This document shows positions 22,864-35,209 of a stretch of DNA of 64,000 nt, piece after piece (position 1 is the stretch's first letter; each line of letters opens with the position of its first letter). The notes below the pieces were generated by a model. The model searched no databases and was not told the DNA's origin. It worked only from the letters and a program-made list of their open reading frames with translations. A program made the position numbers and the translations under genes. Source of the DNA: Tubiluchus corallicola (taxonomy: Eukaryota > Animalia > Priapulida); assembly GCA_030141605.1 (NCBI GenBank), contig JAQGDQ010000873.1, positions 22,175 through 86,174 of the forward strand. The letters are read 5' to 3'.

Positions 22864-24736
22864 CTAATTTCTACGCCGAAACCGGAGTGTTCTTAGCTGA
22901 AATCTTCTGATTCTGTTTTGCCTTCGACGTCGCCTGCGTGCTTGAAGCTTACGCTTTTTGATTTGGGCTTTACGACCTGCTTCTTCCATTAACTGGTTTA
23001 TAATGTCCGCATCATCTGCATTTTCGACCAAACTTGCTGTTGTTGCCTCCGTAGTTACTTCAAGAAATAGTGCGCCCGGATCGCGTCTCCTAAGCGCCCG
23101 CTCATCCCGTCGCAGCTGCTCTTTCAAGAATTTGATTTGTTGTTCTAGTTCGATTCGCTTTCGCAGCAGCGCTACTCTTTGTTTTGCTGTCAATGTCTTT
23201 TTCTCTGCCCCATTTCTGTCATCGTTTTCTGTAGTGTTGGCCTCGTCTTCAGACCGTATGCCTACAATGGTTTCTGTCTGGATGTTATCAATTTGTGGAA
23301 GCTGATTCTCGCTAGTTTCCTCTTCATCTATTGCAGACACTCCGTAAGTTTTGGCATCCTCGTTTGCACTCGTTTGATTAACAATAGTGTTGTTGTATTT
23401 CCTTATTACAAGAGTTTCTTTTTCTGACAAATTATGTGCATCGTCAGAATGGTAGTTAAAGACAAACGTGTGGTGATGATAAATGTGCTTGTTTGCAGCG
23501 TTCTGCAGCAGACTTTGGTTGTAAGGTGCTTCCGCTAAAGACCTACTCGCTATTATTTCCGCCATAGGATGAAAATTACGATGTCTGTTTGGGGATCGCA
23601 GGAAGGTGACGCCTTTGGAGTCGCGTCTTGAAGGGTTTTCTTTTGCTCGTTCAATGACATGTCCATGTCCTTTGGAGTCGCGTCTTGAAGGGTTTTCTTT
23701 TCCTCGTTCGATGACATGTCCATGTCCTCTATCTAAAAACACCTGTTGCAAAATGATTAAAGGAATGGTATAAATTGTTTAATTTATGAAGTTAAATGAT
23801 GCTACAGAAAGTGAAAAAAGCTGCTATAGAATACGATATGATTATGTCTGCTCACAGAAAAACCACAGAAAAGATTTGGCCCAGTTCCTTCAGCCAGCTG
23901 TGAAGTGAAAAAATATACTGTAGAATACAGTGTTGTTACGGCTGCTCGCAGAAAAAATTACACAAACATACCAAAAAAGAAAAAAGTTCAATGGACTTTC
24001 CTTATTACAATTTCAAGGAAGTTTGAACATTTAAGTTGTAAAGAAAAGAGTAATTTTTAGTGTGGAAACTAAGATTTTTTACAAGGTATCCGGATTTATT
24101 TGTTTTGCAGTAGCAATTATGTCAAGTATTATCAAACAACATTGTTTTATCATTCTTGATCTACGGTGATTTATTTCAAATGCAATATATTTTTAAAAGC
24201 AAAATATCACTTTAAACTTGCCATGCAATTAAGCACTTACATGTTCGAAAATTCTATTATGTTTCATCTTTCTGTCATAATGGATCCAGCTAAACTAACA
24301 CTATCATTTAAACATTAGTGTTTAAATACCTAACTACAAAAAAAAGGAATTAAATGTGTAAACATTTTTTGCAGATTCTAGAAAATCTTAATTCTAGAAC
24401 TTCAATTGAAATTTAGAAGCAACGCAGCATTTTATAATCCTAGTAGCATACAAATATAAACCGAGCAAGGTTCTCCGGCTTTGTATAAACTGCTGCTAAA
24501 AATATTAGAAAAAGCTGTATGGCAAGAATTTGGCAGTTTACCTGTTTTTGTAATGAACATATATAGCTGGAAATTATTTTGCTGGTATATATGAAGTAAG
24601 CAAGCAAATGATAAGGACACATTTCGCAAATGGCGAAAAACCAACTGTCTGGTGTACCACTAATTTCTGTTAAGCTTTATCAACTTACCAACAATGTCAG
24701 AAGCATGAACGCATAAACCGCACAGACTTTCCCCAT
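22864..24736 (-). CDS. Orphan gene B: 308-aa secreted protein with acidic middle, coiled coil and poly-Arg C-terminus
   Basis: Exon 1 24736-24689 (MGKVCAVYAFMLLTLL|gtaagt) plus exon 2 23742-22864 (tttgcaacag|VFLDRGHG...), phase 0. The spliced N-terminus forms a signal peptide; the protein ends ARRRRRRQNRIRRFQLRTLRFRRRN. Confidence 0.85.
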
Positions 24737-25584
24737 ATCTGGTACTCAGGTTCCCTATCAGGTACTGAAATTTAACAGGAGCAGCATTAGCAGAAAAGAA
24801 TTATTAAATCAAGAAATTTCTCAAAGTTCAAGCTTGTCTTCTGAAGCTGAAGGGTATCTTTCCAATGGCGTTAATAGTGGTCTTATAGCTGTCAGAAATC
24901 AGCATTAGTTACAAGAACTGGGTAGAATGCAGCGCTAAATATTGTTTTCATAGACAAGGCTACACACGTTTTTCATTTATCAGGCAGTAAATAAACACGG
25001 TCTGAGACAATGATTGAACATGTAAGAGTTAAAATCGAAATAGAATTTAACAAATGAATTTTCAAGTGGTGAATTGAGTTTAGTTGCCAAACTATACTCA
25101 TTTCTGTCGCTTAGCTTTTTAATCTTAAAATGTTTTCCAAGCTTCTTCACTATTCAGATGTGACATCTAACGAAATCTAGATGTTTCCGTAATAACAACA
25201 ACAGCAGCAACATCAAAGCAATTTCCAGCAATTCAATTTTTATTCATCTAGCATCGATTTTCTCACACTAAAGCACAAACCTTTCCTTTTGCACAACTTC
25301 GTCTGGAATTACAATGATAACCTTCATCATAACCTTCACAGAGCTTTTCTATCATCCACGCACCTGGTTGTCACAATCGCCTTGTGGACTGGTCAGATGT
25401 ATGACACTTGCCACGTCTTTAGTATGAACTACTTCTGGTAATCCCACGTCTGGATTTTCCAGTAGTTCTTGTGCAGGATAGTATACTGCCCTGCTGATAC
25501 ACTTTCTTACTGTGTCAGCAGAATGATGTTTCCCCAAACATTGGCTAGATGTATCATAATACCTATTCAACCCTTTCTTTACGC

Positions 25585-25979
25585 CTAGTGGGTGCGTTTA
25601 TAATTGGATTGCTTGATCCAAGGTTGATTTACCACGTCCAGTTTTGCTAATTGCGTTTTATCAGGCATGTCTGTTTCTGGGTTATTTGTAGGAGAACTGA
25701 ATGTGAGAATCCTATTATTCTGGTCAGTTGTCCAATGTCCTCTTCTGTTATTGATTTTTGTGTAAGTGGATTTCTCTAATAAGAGTTTTTTTAATCCTAA
25801 TTCAAATAAGGAAATGCAGTATAAACTTGCCAGACCGGTCTGGTTTTCCGAGTTTGTTAGAATCCGGTAATTACGTACTGTGATGAGAGAGTTGGAGGAA
25901 TGTTTATGTCGGATGGTATTTCCTGCTCTGTGGCAAACATTGTTCAGCTGAGTTCCTGAACTTTGTTTGGATTGCGGGA
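25585..25979 (-). other. Candidate exon / decayed fifth secreted-protein gene (130 open codons after an AG acceptor)
   Basis: taataccgcag|TC CCG CAA... is open to TAG at 25587-25585. A signal-like MLLFRVWLCVVVIPCLD starts at 26463, but no clean splice path was found. Confidence 0.35.
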
Positions 25980-27116
25980 CTGCGGTATTAAGTGATTTTA
26001 AATATCATTTCGGTATAAGAGATATTACAAGTCATTACAACGAATTACCAGAAATATTCTTTATTATTTACTGAGATGGTTTGTGCCATTCTTGCTGGCC
26101 ACACATTCCTGATTGAAAATGGACGATTATCTGTTGTGCTAACAGATATGATTTTAATTTAAAGCTTAATCAAATAATCTTTAATTGGTGTTTAATGTGT
26201 GTAAGTCAAGAGGTTAAACTGTGAGTACTTATTGCTGAAGTTTGGCTTTTTCAAATAAAGACCTGCATTAACTACACATTTGCTCTGATAGTTCTTAAGT
26301 ATAGCCATCATTACCACTATCACCTCGGGATAACATGCCATTTGCTACCACTACTGTGGCTATACCAGCACTACCTGTTACATCATCAGTGTTAGTTTTA
26401 CCAGTTATCTTCATCTAAACATGGAATGACAACTACACACAACCAAACGCGAAACAGTAACATCAAAACTCCTGGCACCATTGCAGAGTGGTGCTGACAG
26501 GTGACTACTACTACGAGGGACACAAAGACATGTTTGACTTTTACTAGCTTTTATTTACAAGCATTTATACTGCTAGTGTAAAGAAAGTAGCAAAGACATG
26601 TAAAAAAAGAAACTCAGTTATAGTCAGTTATATTAAATTATGATGCTGTATAAAGCAATCAAAGTACCCTTGCAAAACTCTCTGAAACACTTTTTATGCT
26701 AATTAGATTTGCTTGATGCTCACTATAATCCTATTTTATGATAATGATGGCACCATTTCTCATGAGATTTCAGAGCAGGTTGCTTTGATCAAATGTTGTT
26801 TAGCATGCTGAATGCCATATAGTAGTTTTGGGTCAAGGCACTATAGACGATATTAAGGTATCCTAGAATCTACAAGTGAGCTGGCGTCAGGGTGTTTTTC
26901 TCAACATTTCTCAATCGTGTGGTTGATCGCATAGTCTCACAAATATTATTTCAAAACAGTTCCACTAATTGGGTGATTTGTACACGCGTCTTATTTCTAG
27001 TTCTTATCCATGATCTATTTAAGCTAGAATTAGGAAGGCTAGATACGAAACTGATAAATTGACGACTTGTCCCTCCATTTATGATGTGGTTGTACACTTT
27101 TTTTTCCTGTATTAAG

Positions 27117-29552
27117 CTACCTGTTCCCGTTGTTGTTCTTTGCCAGTTGTTCCATTGTTCTGTCTGCGTTATCGAAGGCTGCTTTGTTATCAGCATTGTC
27201 TTCTGCATTGTTAAAAACTGCTCCTTCGTTATCAGCTTTGCCTTTTACTCCGTTTGTGCTGACATTATCTTGTGCATTGTTGAGAACAGTTTTTTCCGTG
27301 TCGTCGTTGTCCTTTGTGCCTAGAGCCACCAAATGAGCTTCAGCTACGTTCTCCTCCAATGATGGTTTCAACTCAGCACCCAGTTGTGCATAGCCTTCAG
27401 GTTCATTGAGTACTTCTACTGCATTCGCGTCTGCTGTTCCTAGAGCAGCTAGCTCGGCTGTATCTCCTCCATTCAGGTCTTGAGCACTAAGAACTGTCAA
27501 CTGAAAAAGTTAGGAAATTAAGTTTTCATTAGAAACGTTGAGTGGCTATCGTGTTGTTGTGGCTTTTTTTCTTATTTTGGTCGTGTGGCTGTGGCGGGGT
27601 GAATAACTTCATGTGAATGACGTGGGTTCGATACTCATTCTGGGTGTTCATTAACCTTGTCTGTTCACCTTGTAGGGGAAGTAGTTTAAACTCAGACACC
27701 TCTACCGGTTAAGTAACTCATCTTATTCCGGTTCTGATCACGCCACGAACATCTTGTTGAGGAAGGCGTGGTTCTAAGTGCTTTCCACCATGCCGCGTGT
27801 TATAAAAAAATTATCAAATGTTTCAGTGTGCAATATAGCCACCTTTCACACGTGACCAGGGCCCAATTTCACAAAGCTGTCACAAAGTTAATGACGTCGT
27901 AATTAATAGTTCAGTGAATGTAGTATGGACGTTACAAACTTAGTGGAAGCTTAGTATAAGGGTCCTAGGTCTAAATTATATTTCCATTGAATGAATGAGC
28001 TCCTTATTTAAATTACATTGTTCTTTTATCAAAGATTAATTGCCATTTGCTCTGTATGCCTTTGTGTGTCAATACAGGAAGAGCAAAACAAGATTTGTGT
28101 TTTTAGTACAGGGCTTGCTACTGGTTCTAAAGCTATATATGCGTACACATGCAAGATTTTTTGTAAATAATTTGTTTAATTGTTGACAAGTTTTTTTTAA
28201 AATGAATACGTTTTAAGAGAGTTGCTGTTGAGGTTAGATCTTAAACCGTAGTGGTTTTTAGCGAAAAGCCCCGTCAAGCCGTCTCTCTGTTCAAATATCG
28301 GGCAACTTGCGTGAAGTAAAGTTAAATGTTAAGCCTAATAAGTATTTAAAAAGCTTTGCATTTAGTAGTTTCAGCAGGATGTTTGGCATTCAAGGCAAAG
28401 TGACATTTATAGAAGAAATAGAATTAGTTAATTTATTAGATTAAATCAGCTTGACCTGCTTTTCCATGGAATTCGTTATGTTCCCCTGATGAGAAACTAG
28501 GGTTAGCAATTGTTTCGGTTTTGAATAATTTCTTTTTATTTTTCCTTTGCAGACCTTTGTTTATTTCTAGAAAATTTTTGTAAAAGAAACCCGACAACCT
28601 TAAATGATATTTTTACTTAACCTGAGATAAACTTCACAATTTTTTTTAAATTTTCTCTGTAACAGTAAACATGTCTATGTATCCGTGTTACTAGAACGAG
28701 TTCATATATTTTGATAATGTGAAGGAGTTGACAGACCCGAGATGGTCTATATTTTTTAGTGCAAACTGGTTTTAAGTGACCCATTATACCATGTCCATTA
28801 TACCCAGTAAGTTATTAGTAAGGTCTTGAGTTCAAGACCCTGTAGAGAAGCAAAATGTTTTTCAGACTTTAATTTAGAATGCTGCTTAATAGCCTAGATT
28901 TGTTGAGAAAAGTACCCCAGTCTAAAAAAGATTCAGTAAACCTTCTCAGGAACAGACTAAACGAGTAGCCTCAGTATAAACATGCTGAATAGTCATGTTC
29001 AGTATCAATGAGCTGAGTAAATAAATGGTTTCTAAGCAAACACTTTAAACAATCCAACTAAGTAACAACCCGGTTAGTAAACTATATCAGTGTGAACAAA
29101 CTAAAGAAGTACAGTACAAAGTGGCTGAAAAAGTTCCTTGGTGTTCATATACAGTATGGAACTGTTTCAATGTAAGTCTGGATCATTTTTCGTAAACTAA
29201 TTAGCCTCTTTAGTCCGACGTGTAAAAAGCCTGCAAATAAGGCTTAATCAAACCATTTCAGTGTGAATAAGAAATAACGTAAATAAACAAGCTGGTGTGT
29301 ATATCCTCTTTTAACATATTAAGGCCAAGTAAACTATTTCAATATAAATAGGGTAGCTGAGTAAACAATATCTCATTCTAAATAAGCCTGCTGCATCATT
29401 ATAAAATTTAAACTATAAGTTTTTAATATTAATGATAAAATAATGATAATTAAATATATTGAATTAGTTTTGGTTAAATAGCACGTGCTTAAAATATACA
29501 CAAAACTTACCAAAACTGCGCACGCAACAAGGAAAGTTTCAAACTGGTGCAT
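27117..29552 (-). CDS. Orphan gene C: 141-aa secreted acidic Asn/Asp/Ala/Glu-rich protein
   Basis: Exon 1 29552-29511 (MHQFETFLVACAVL|gtaagt) plus exon 2 27500-27117 (ctttttcag|LTVLSA-QDLNGG...), phase 0. Signal peptide ends at ...VLSA. Repeated (V/A)(F/L)(N/D)NA(E/Q/D)D motif. Confidence 0.85.
27579..27810 (+). mobile_element. Degenerate tRNA-derived SINE in the gene C intron
   Basis: A-box-like ggtcgtgtggctgtgg, B-box-like gggttcgatactc and an A-rich tail (tataaaaaaa). Confidence 0.4.
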
Positions 29553-29604
29553 TTTCGTATTCGCTTCTCTGAAATCTAAACGATTGTGCCTTTTCTGCTT
29601 CCAG

Positions 29605-29611
29605 TTTTATA
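29605..29611 (-). promoter_or_regulatory. TATA box of gene C
   Basis: TATAAAA on the minus strand ~53 bp upstream of ATG 29552. Confidence 0.5.
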
Positions 29612-31561
29612 ATCGCAGAGATTTCCTCACTGCTTCTCAAACATTTTTGTCCTTTTTCGCCCTTTTGAAGGTAGACTATTTTCCAAATAGATTATTGTGT
29701 GTAAACAAGAACAGGTTTTGTAAATTATGCTCAATCTTAGACGTTCACTAAGGAAAAGTGGTGCTGAAGGAGTTGATTGGGATGCTGGGCTGAGCTAAAC
29801 TAATGCAGTCTTGGGTTGGTAACAAACTGAATACTTGTAATTCCTGTTCTTTTACTTTCTAAAACACTTTTGAAGACAAAAACTCTTGGGTGTTTGCATA
29901 TACACTATATTTTTATGCATGTATTTGATACTTGCACAGTGCAGTATTTTTGCCGCTGTTCGCCTCATACAAGCCAACAAGCATCATTTGCGTACGCCCG
30001 TCTTTGGTGCGCAATTAGGCAAATTTGGTTCCCTCCGGATGTTTTTTAACTTTGTGTGTTATACACTTACACAATACACGTCATGCTGCGCCATCTCTTG
30101 GCAACCTTTTTATTAGCGCTTTCGTTGTCAAACATTTTCTAAATTTATCCTACCTAAACGTAAAATAAACGTTGCTTGACAAATATTTTATACAGTTCGC
30201 TTTAGTATTCGGCTGCCATTATTGTTCAAACTTACTGCTAAGATACAGGACTTTGTTAGTTTTTTATGTAGTTTCCGAAAGCATTGAAAAAGAATATGGT
30301 TTTACAAAGTCAACGTTGTTTGAGAAATATTTTGTGCGGTTTACTTTGAGATTCAGCTGCTGTTAGTCTTCAAACTGTGTTCTTCTACTAGGTGTAATAG
30401 CTTTTATGTAGCTTCAAAAGCGTTGAAAAACAATATAGTAAACAGACTTAGCTCGTATATACACAATATTATGCATATTTCTAATGCATACAGGTTGAAG
30501 TGTTTTTTCTCACATTACTACACTATTTGGTCAACTAGATAAAAAAAGACAGTAACAACGTTCTTCAAGTTTTTTCATTAAATAACACATTTTACATTTA
30601 TAATAATTGTTTTGCTAGCTTTAAAGCTATAACCAGGGCACATAAATACTAACAATTTAGTATACATAAATCATGAAGATATCAAACAAATTATATGATT
30701 TTAAGAATGCACAAGTTGGTACATTTAGGTTACAACAACAATTAGAATCACTAAACGGTTTACAAATTAGTCAGACATCAAATGAATTATGTCATATTAT
30801 GCGTTAGTGCTCAAGCTGAGTGTTAAACGTATTTTCTGCAATATAATCCGTATCTTGCTTAGCTTTTTATGCCCCTAATACTGTTATATATAAATGTGTT
30901 TTAAAAGTTCTGTAGCAACTATAAAAAAACTGGTATTCAGCAATCAACAGCCTCCTTATAATTGTTGTAATATTGTGTGCAATATTAATCAAATAATACA
31001 AATTATGGAGATAGGACATCATTTGATACTTATACTATCAAACTTTCTTTTTAGGCCGCGTAGTTAGTAAACCTCCAAGAGGCTGTAGTCTACATTGACA
31101 TGCATTTCATTTAGCAAAGATAACACTTAAGGTACTTGCATACTGAAACAGCTGAAGTACATTGTGTCCCTAAACAACGTTAAAATTTTGCTCTTCCCTC
31201 TCCCGATTTTTGTTTTACCTCCGTGCTTTAATCCCTGATGTAGGTTTTCTGACAAATATCTTACAAAAAGCCCTCGCTGCAACATGAAAAGTATTACCTA
31301 AATTCTGCGACAGAGGAACTATTTTTCAGTTGTTTTTGCATAAGATCAAAAACTCTTAATGATGTGTAACTAATGGATCACCAGTAATGGAATGATTGTG
31401 GAATGAATGAAAAGAACAATTATGGCTGCCTGTGGACAGCGACGTATCTGACGGAGTTTCTTAGTTATTGTAGCGTTTCTACTGAATGGGATCGTAAATT
31501 ATTCATTTTCTGTCTTAATGTGTGAACTACGTGATGGAAAGGAATGGGCACCAATTGAGAT

Positions 31562-33159
31562 TTATTCATCCCCGGCACCTGCCCGCTGTCGTCGTCGTCG
31601 ACCTCCTCGCCCTCGTCCTCTTCTGCCACGGCCGAGTGTTCCATCCTGCGCTTCGGCTTCTTCTTCGAGCCTACGAAGCTTTCGTCTTATGTTGCCACGT
31701 CTCCTCCTGGCCCGACTCTTTCTTCTCTTATTTCTGCGTCTGGAGCGCCTCTTGCCCTTGTTTCTGGCCCGTCTGATTTTGGCTCTGGTCCTCGCGCTGA
31801 TATCCAAAGCGAGGTTGCCTGCTTCCACCGCGGTGTCCTTGTCGTAGACAGCCAAATCACTGCCTGCTTCTTCGTCATATTCCAGTGATGCTATGCGATT
31901 GTCGGATTCAGCTTCTGATATGGTTCCTTGTACTGCCAGACCAAGCTGGAAATTTGATACAAAATGTCATCAGTTTTATATTTTTATTCCTGGAATTTCT
32001 TTAGCTCATCTGGAAGCTACATAGTCAACACAGTAAATTTGCTGTAGTGTTGTCCCTTTGTCACCACAGGGAATTCCCCACAAGAGCATTTAAGTTTTCC
32101 TATGTGCAACTAAGGTTATTATATTATATAAGGTCCTAGTATATATAATCCTATATAAATCCCGTACTGGTTAAATAGAGTCAGTACTTTTGAAAAAGGA
32201 ATTATTATTCGTGTAAGTTAATACGGGTCAGTCAGAAGAGAAGTGAATTAGGAAATTTAAGTTACACATTAAATCAATTTAAAAGCTTTTTCAGGGGTGT
32301 TCGGGATAGGGGTCGTCATGACCCCGACCCCCGTAACCTGACCCCATAGTTTTCCCAAATCCCCGACCCCATTCATTCCCGCCTCTAACCATCACGGTGA
32401 TGACGTATTTTACGTTTTACATCATTGACGATCAGTTTTTCTAAACGTCTTATGATCTTATAAGAAGTTTAAAATAAACGTCTAATTATCTTTTCGTGGC
32501 GCACAACAAGCAGAGTGCATACAGCCTTCTGTTTGTGTAACCAATTTATAGATCAGACAAAGAGAATTAACATATCTTCAGATGAAATGTAAACAAAGAA
32601 TTTTGATATAATTTCATATCTTCAGGGATCATAATATATATATGATCGAAAAAATTAATCATTTATAAAGTTTCTACCAATACACGATTACAGATTATTC
32701 GCAGACTTGTTACCTATAGTATTGTATTTTTATGACAGTAATACATGGGCATAGATATAGAATTGCAGTGCTTAACTATATATCACATTGCATTTATGTT
32801 ATCTTTGTTGTTCTCGATGTTTGGTAACGTCTCTCTGAACTATAATTTTTTTCTGGTTACCCACTATTATAGTGTATTTGTCTCGAATTAAGTTGAATTA
32901 TAGTCAGTAAACTAATTAACTAACTAACTATGGTTCAAGGTCGGATACCCCGATCCTGACTTGTACCTCGACCAGCCCTACCTGTAACTGCTGAAAGGAG
33001 CGCTAGAAGCCGAGGAATAGAAAAAAGAAATATTGAAATCGCCAAGGACTTGAAATGTTTTGTTACGAATGTTACGAATACAAAGAACGAAATGTAAAAC
33101 GTGGGACGTACCAGAACAATTTGAACAAATGCTGTCCATATTAATCTGTGGAGCTGCAT
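31562..33159 (-). CDS. Orphan gene D: 143-aa secreted precursor with acidic pro-segment and protamine-like Arg-rich blocks
   Basis: Exon 1 33159-33112 (MQLHRLIWTAFVQIVL|gtacgt) plus exon 2 31945-31562 (aatttccag|LGLAVQG-TISEAESD...), phase 0 and in frame with ORF 31562-31855. Confidence 0.83.
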
Positions 33160-34742
33160 CCTGGCAGAGCAACCTGTTGAGTAAAGCAAAACGTTAACCG
33201 CGCATTGATACGTTAGGGTTTCATGTAGTGCATCGTCTCGTGGTATAATCGGTCCGGCAAAATTTCAAGTAGTAGAATCTATCTTTCATGAATATATTAC
33301 TTGTCTTTAACACATCAATCAAAAATGTGGTAAAGGTTTTAAGTAACTAGTCGTTGGGTTACTCGCTTAATCAGTTTTTTCTACTCATCTGTCTGGATAT
33401 GTCACTTAGAACGCCATTTACCGTTGCCATGAATCTGATTTTTCGTAAAAATTAACAAACGGAAACGTCACTGTATTAAAAATTGAAAAAACGTTACTTG
33501 AGCAACGAGAACAGAATAGCATTTCGGCAAAACAAACCTCTTTATAGGGTTATTACACAAGCAAGTAACCCAGTGATTTAGAGTGTCTGAAAATATGGAC
33601 TAGTAAGGCAAACATCCTAATAATTTGGTAAAGCAAGCACAATGCATGCATCTAATAAATCCACATCTTTAGTTTTTTTATTCAAGATGAATTTCAACAA
33701 TCTTGAATTCAGAATTTTTTTAAAACTTTACACGTAAACACAATCACTATACTTACCAGGTGTAGTACTCTATTTGATAACACTTATAAAAACCCCTAGC
33801 AGCATGAAACATTCACTATAATATGAGGCCCTTCTTGTCCCCTTTGTCTTTTAAGTGAGGGCAAAACTGGACTGAAACCTGGCTTAAACCAGACCTAGTT
33901 TATTAACACACTTATTACGTGTTAATTAATAACGGTTCACAGTGCCGCATCATACCAGCCTTGTGAAACTGGTTTCACACTGACCTTTGACTTAACATCT
34001 ATCTATCTACTTTTCACAGACCACTTAATCTGAGAGCAAAATACAGTTAAATACTGAAACGTTTCACGATGGGATATTTGTTTCAAGTTTGTTACCATGA
34101 CAACGCAGAATCCTCATCGTGCGAACGAGAGTGATGATGCTTACAGCTGAAAACAAACCTTTGCTTGCATTTTAATGTTCGGAGGCAATTTTACTAATTG
34201 TTTGTGGAATATTATGAATAATTGACGTGTAGCAGTCGAAGGCCCAGTTCCTATTACACGACCTTCTTAAGATTTCTGGGTTGAACATAAACGGGTGGTA
34301 TAAAGCATTGTTTGTTTGTAATGTTTTTAGTAAATGGCTGCCTGTAATCTTAGTCCTAGCTTTTTGGTGATCTTTTCTAAGCTAATGTATTTATGCGCCC
34401 GCGGCAAATCATGTGGTTTATGTCCTAGCAAAACTGGGATATGCGTTTTTTGTCGTCCTGGCTGCCGTGATGATGATGTAATCGTGAATAGTGAGGGGGT
34501 GGGAGGGATGGTGGCAAACTAGTGAATTCGTTTCGTCGACTGAGTTGAGTTTTAGATGATAAGAAGAGCATTAGATGTTGTTTCTGGACTTTGTAATTTA
34601 TAGTACTGAGTACTGAATTGAATTGAGTATAGGCGATGAAATAGTTGTTCACATTTCTACTTTTAAATTAATTCCGTTGAGCTGAGTATAGGTGATGAGT
34701 GTCTTTCACACTTTTGCCTTGCTGTTTGACAGCGACAATAAC

Positions 34743-35164
34743 AGATTGAAAGTGTTAAACTTATCTTACCGTTATAAATATATATCAGATTGAAAGTCTT
34801 AAACTTATCTTATAAATACGTATCAAAACTTATAAAAATCTTATAAAAACTTATCTTATAAACTTATCTTATAAATACGTTATAAATACATATCAGATTG
34901 AAAGTCTTAAACTTATCTTACCATTAGAAATATATATCAGATTGAAAGTGTTAAACTTAATTTACCGTTATAAATATATATTAGATTGAAAGTCTTAAAC
35001 TTATCTTACCGTTATAAATATGTATCAGATTGAAAGTCTTAAACTTATCTTATAAATACGTATCAAAACTTATAAAAATCTTATAAAAACGTATCTTATA
35101 AACTTATCTTATAAATACGTTATAAATACATATCAGATTGAAAGTGTTAAACTTATCTTACCAT

Positions 35165-35205
<41 letters not shown>
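34743..35205. repeat. AT-rich ~46-bp minisatellite with higher-order duplication, followed by (TA)n
   Basis: Recurrent cagattgaaagtcttaaacttatcttaccgttataaatatatat; block ~34787-34930 is repeated at ~35027-35170. Confidence 0.85.

Positions 35206-35209
<4 letters not shown>

Noticed and set aside
32292-32958. GC-rich cagggg... and ...atcctg ends in the gene D intron as a MITE
   Set aside because: The putative TIRs match poorly and no TSD was found.
32935-33189. 84-aa hydrophobic ORF as a membrane protein
   Set aside because: Better explained as gene D exon 1 (MQLHRLIWTAFVQIVL) reading through a GT donor into T-rich intron.
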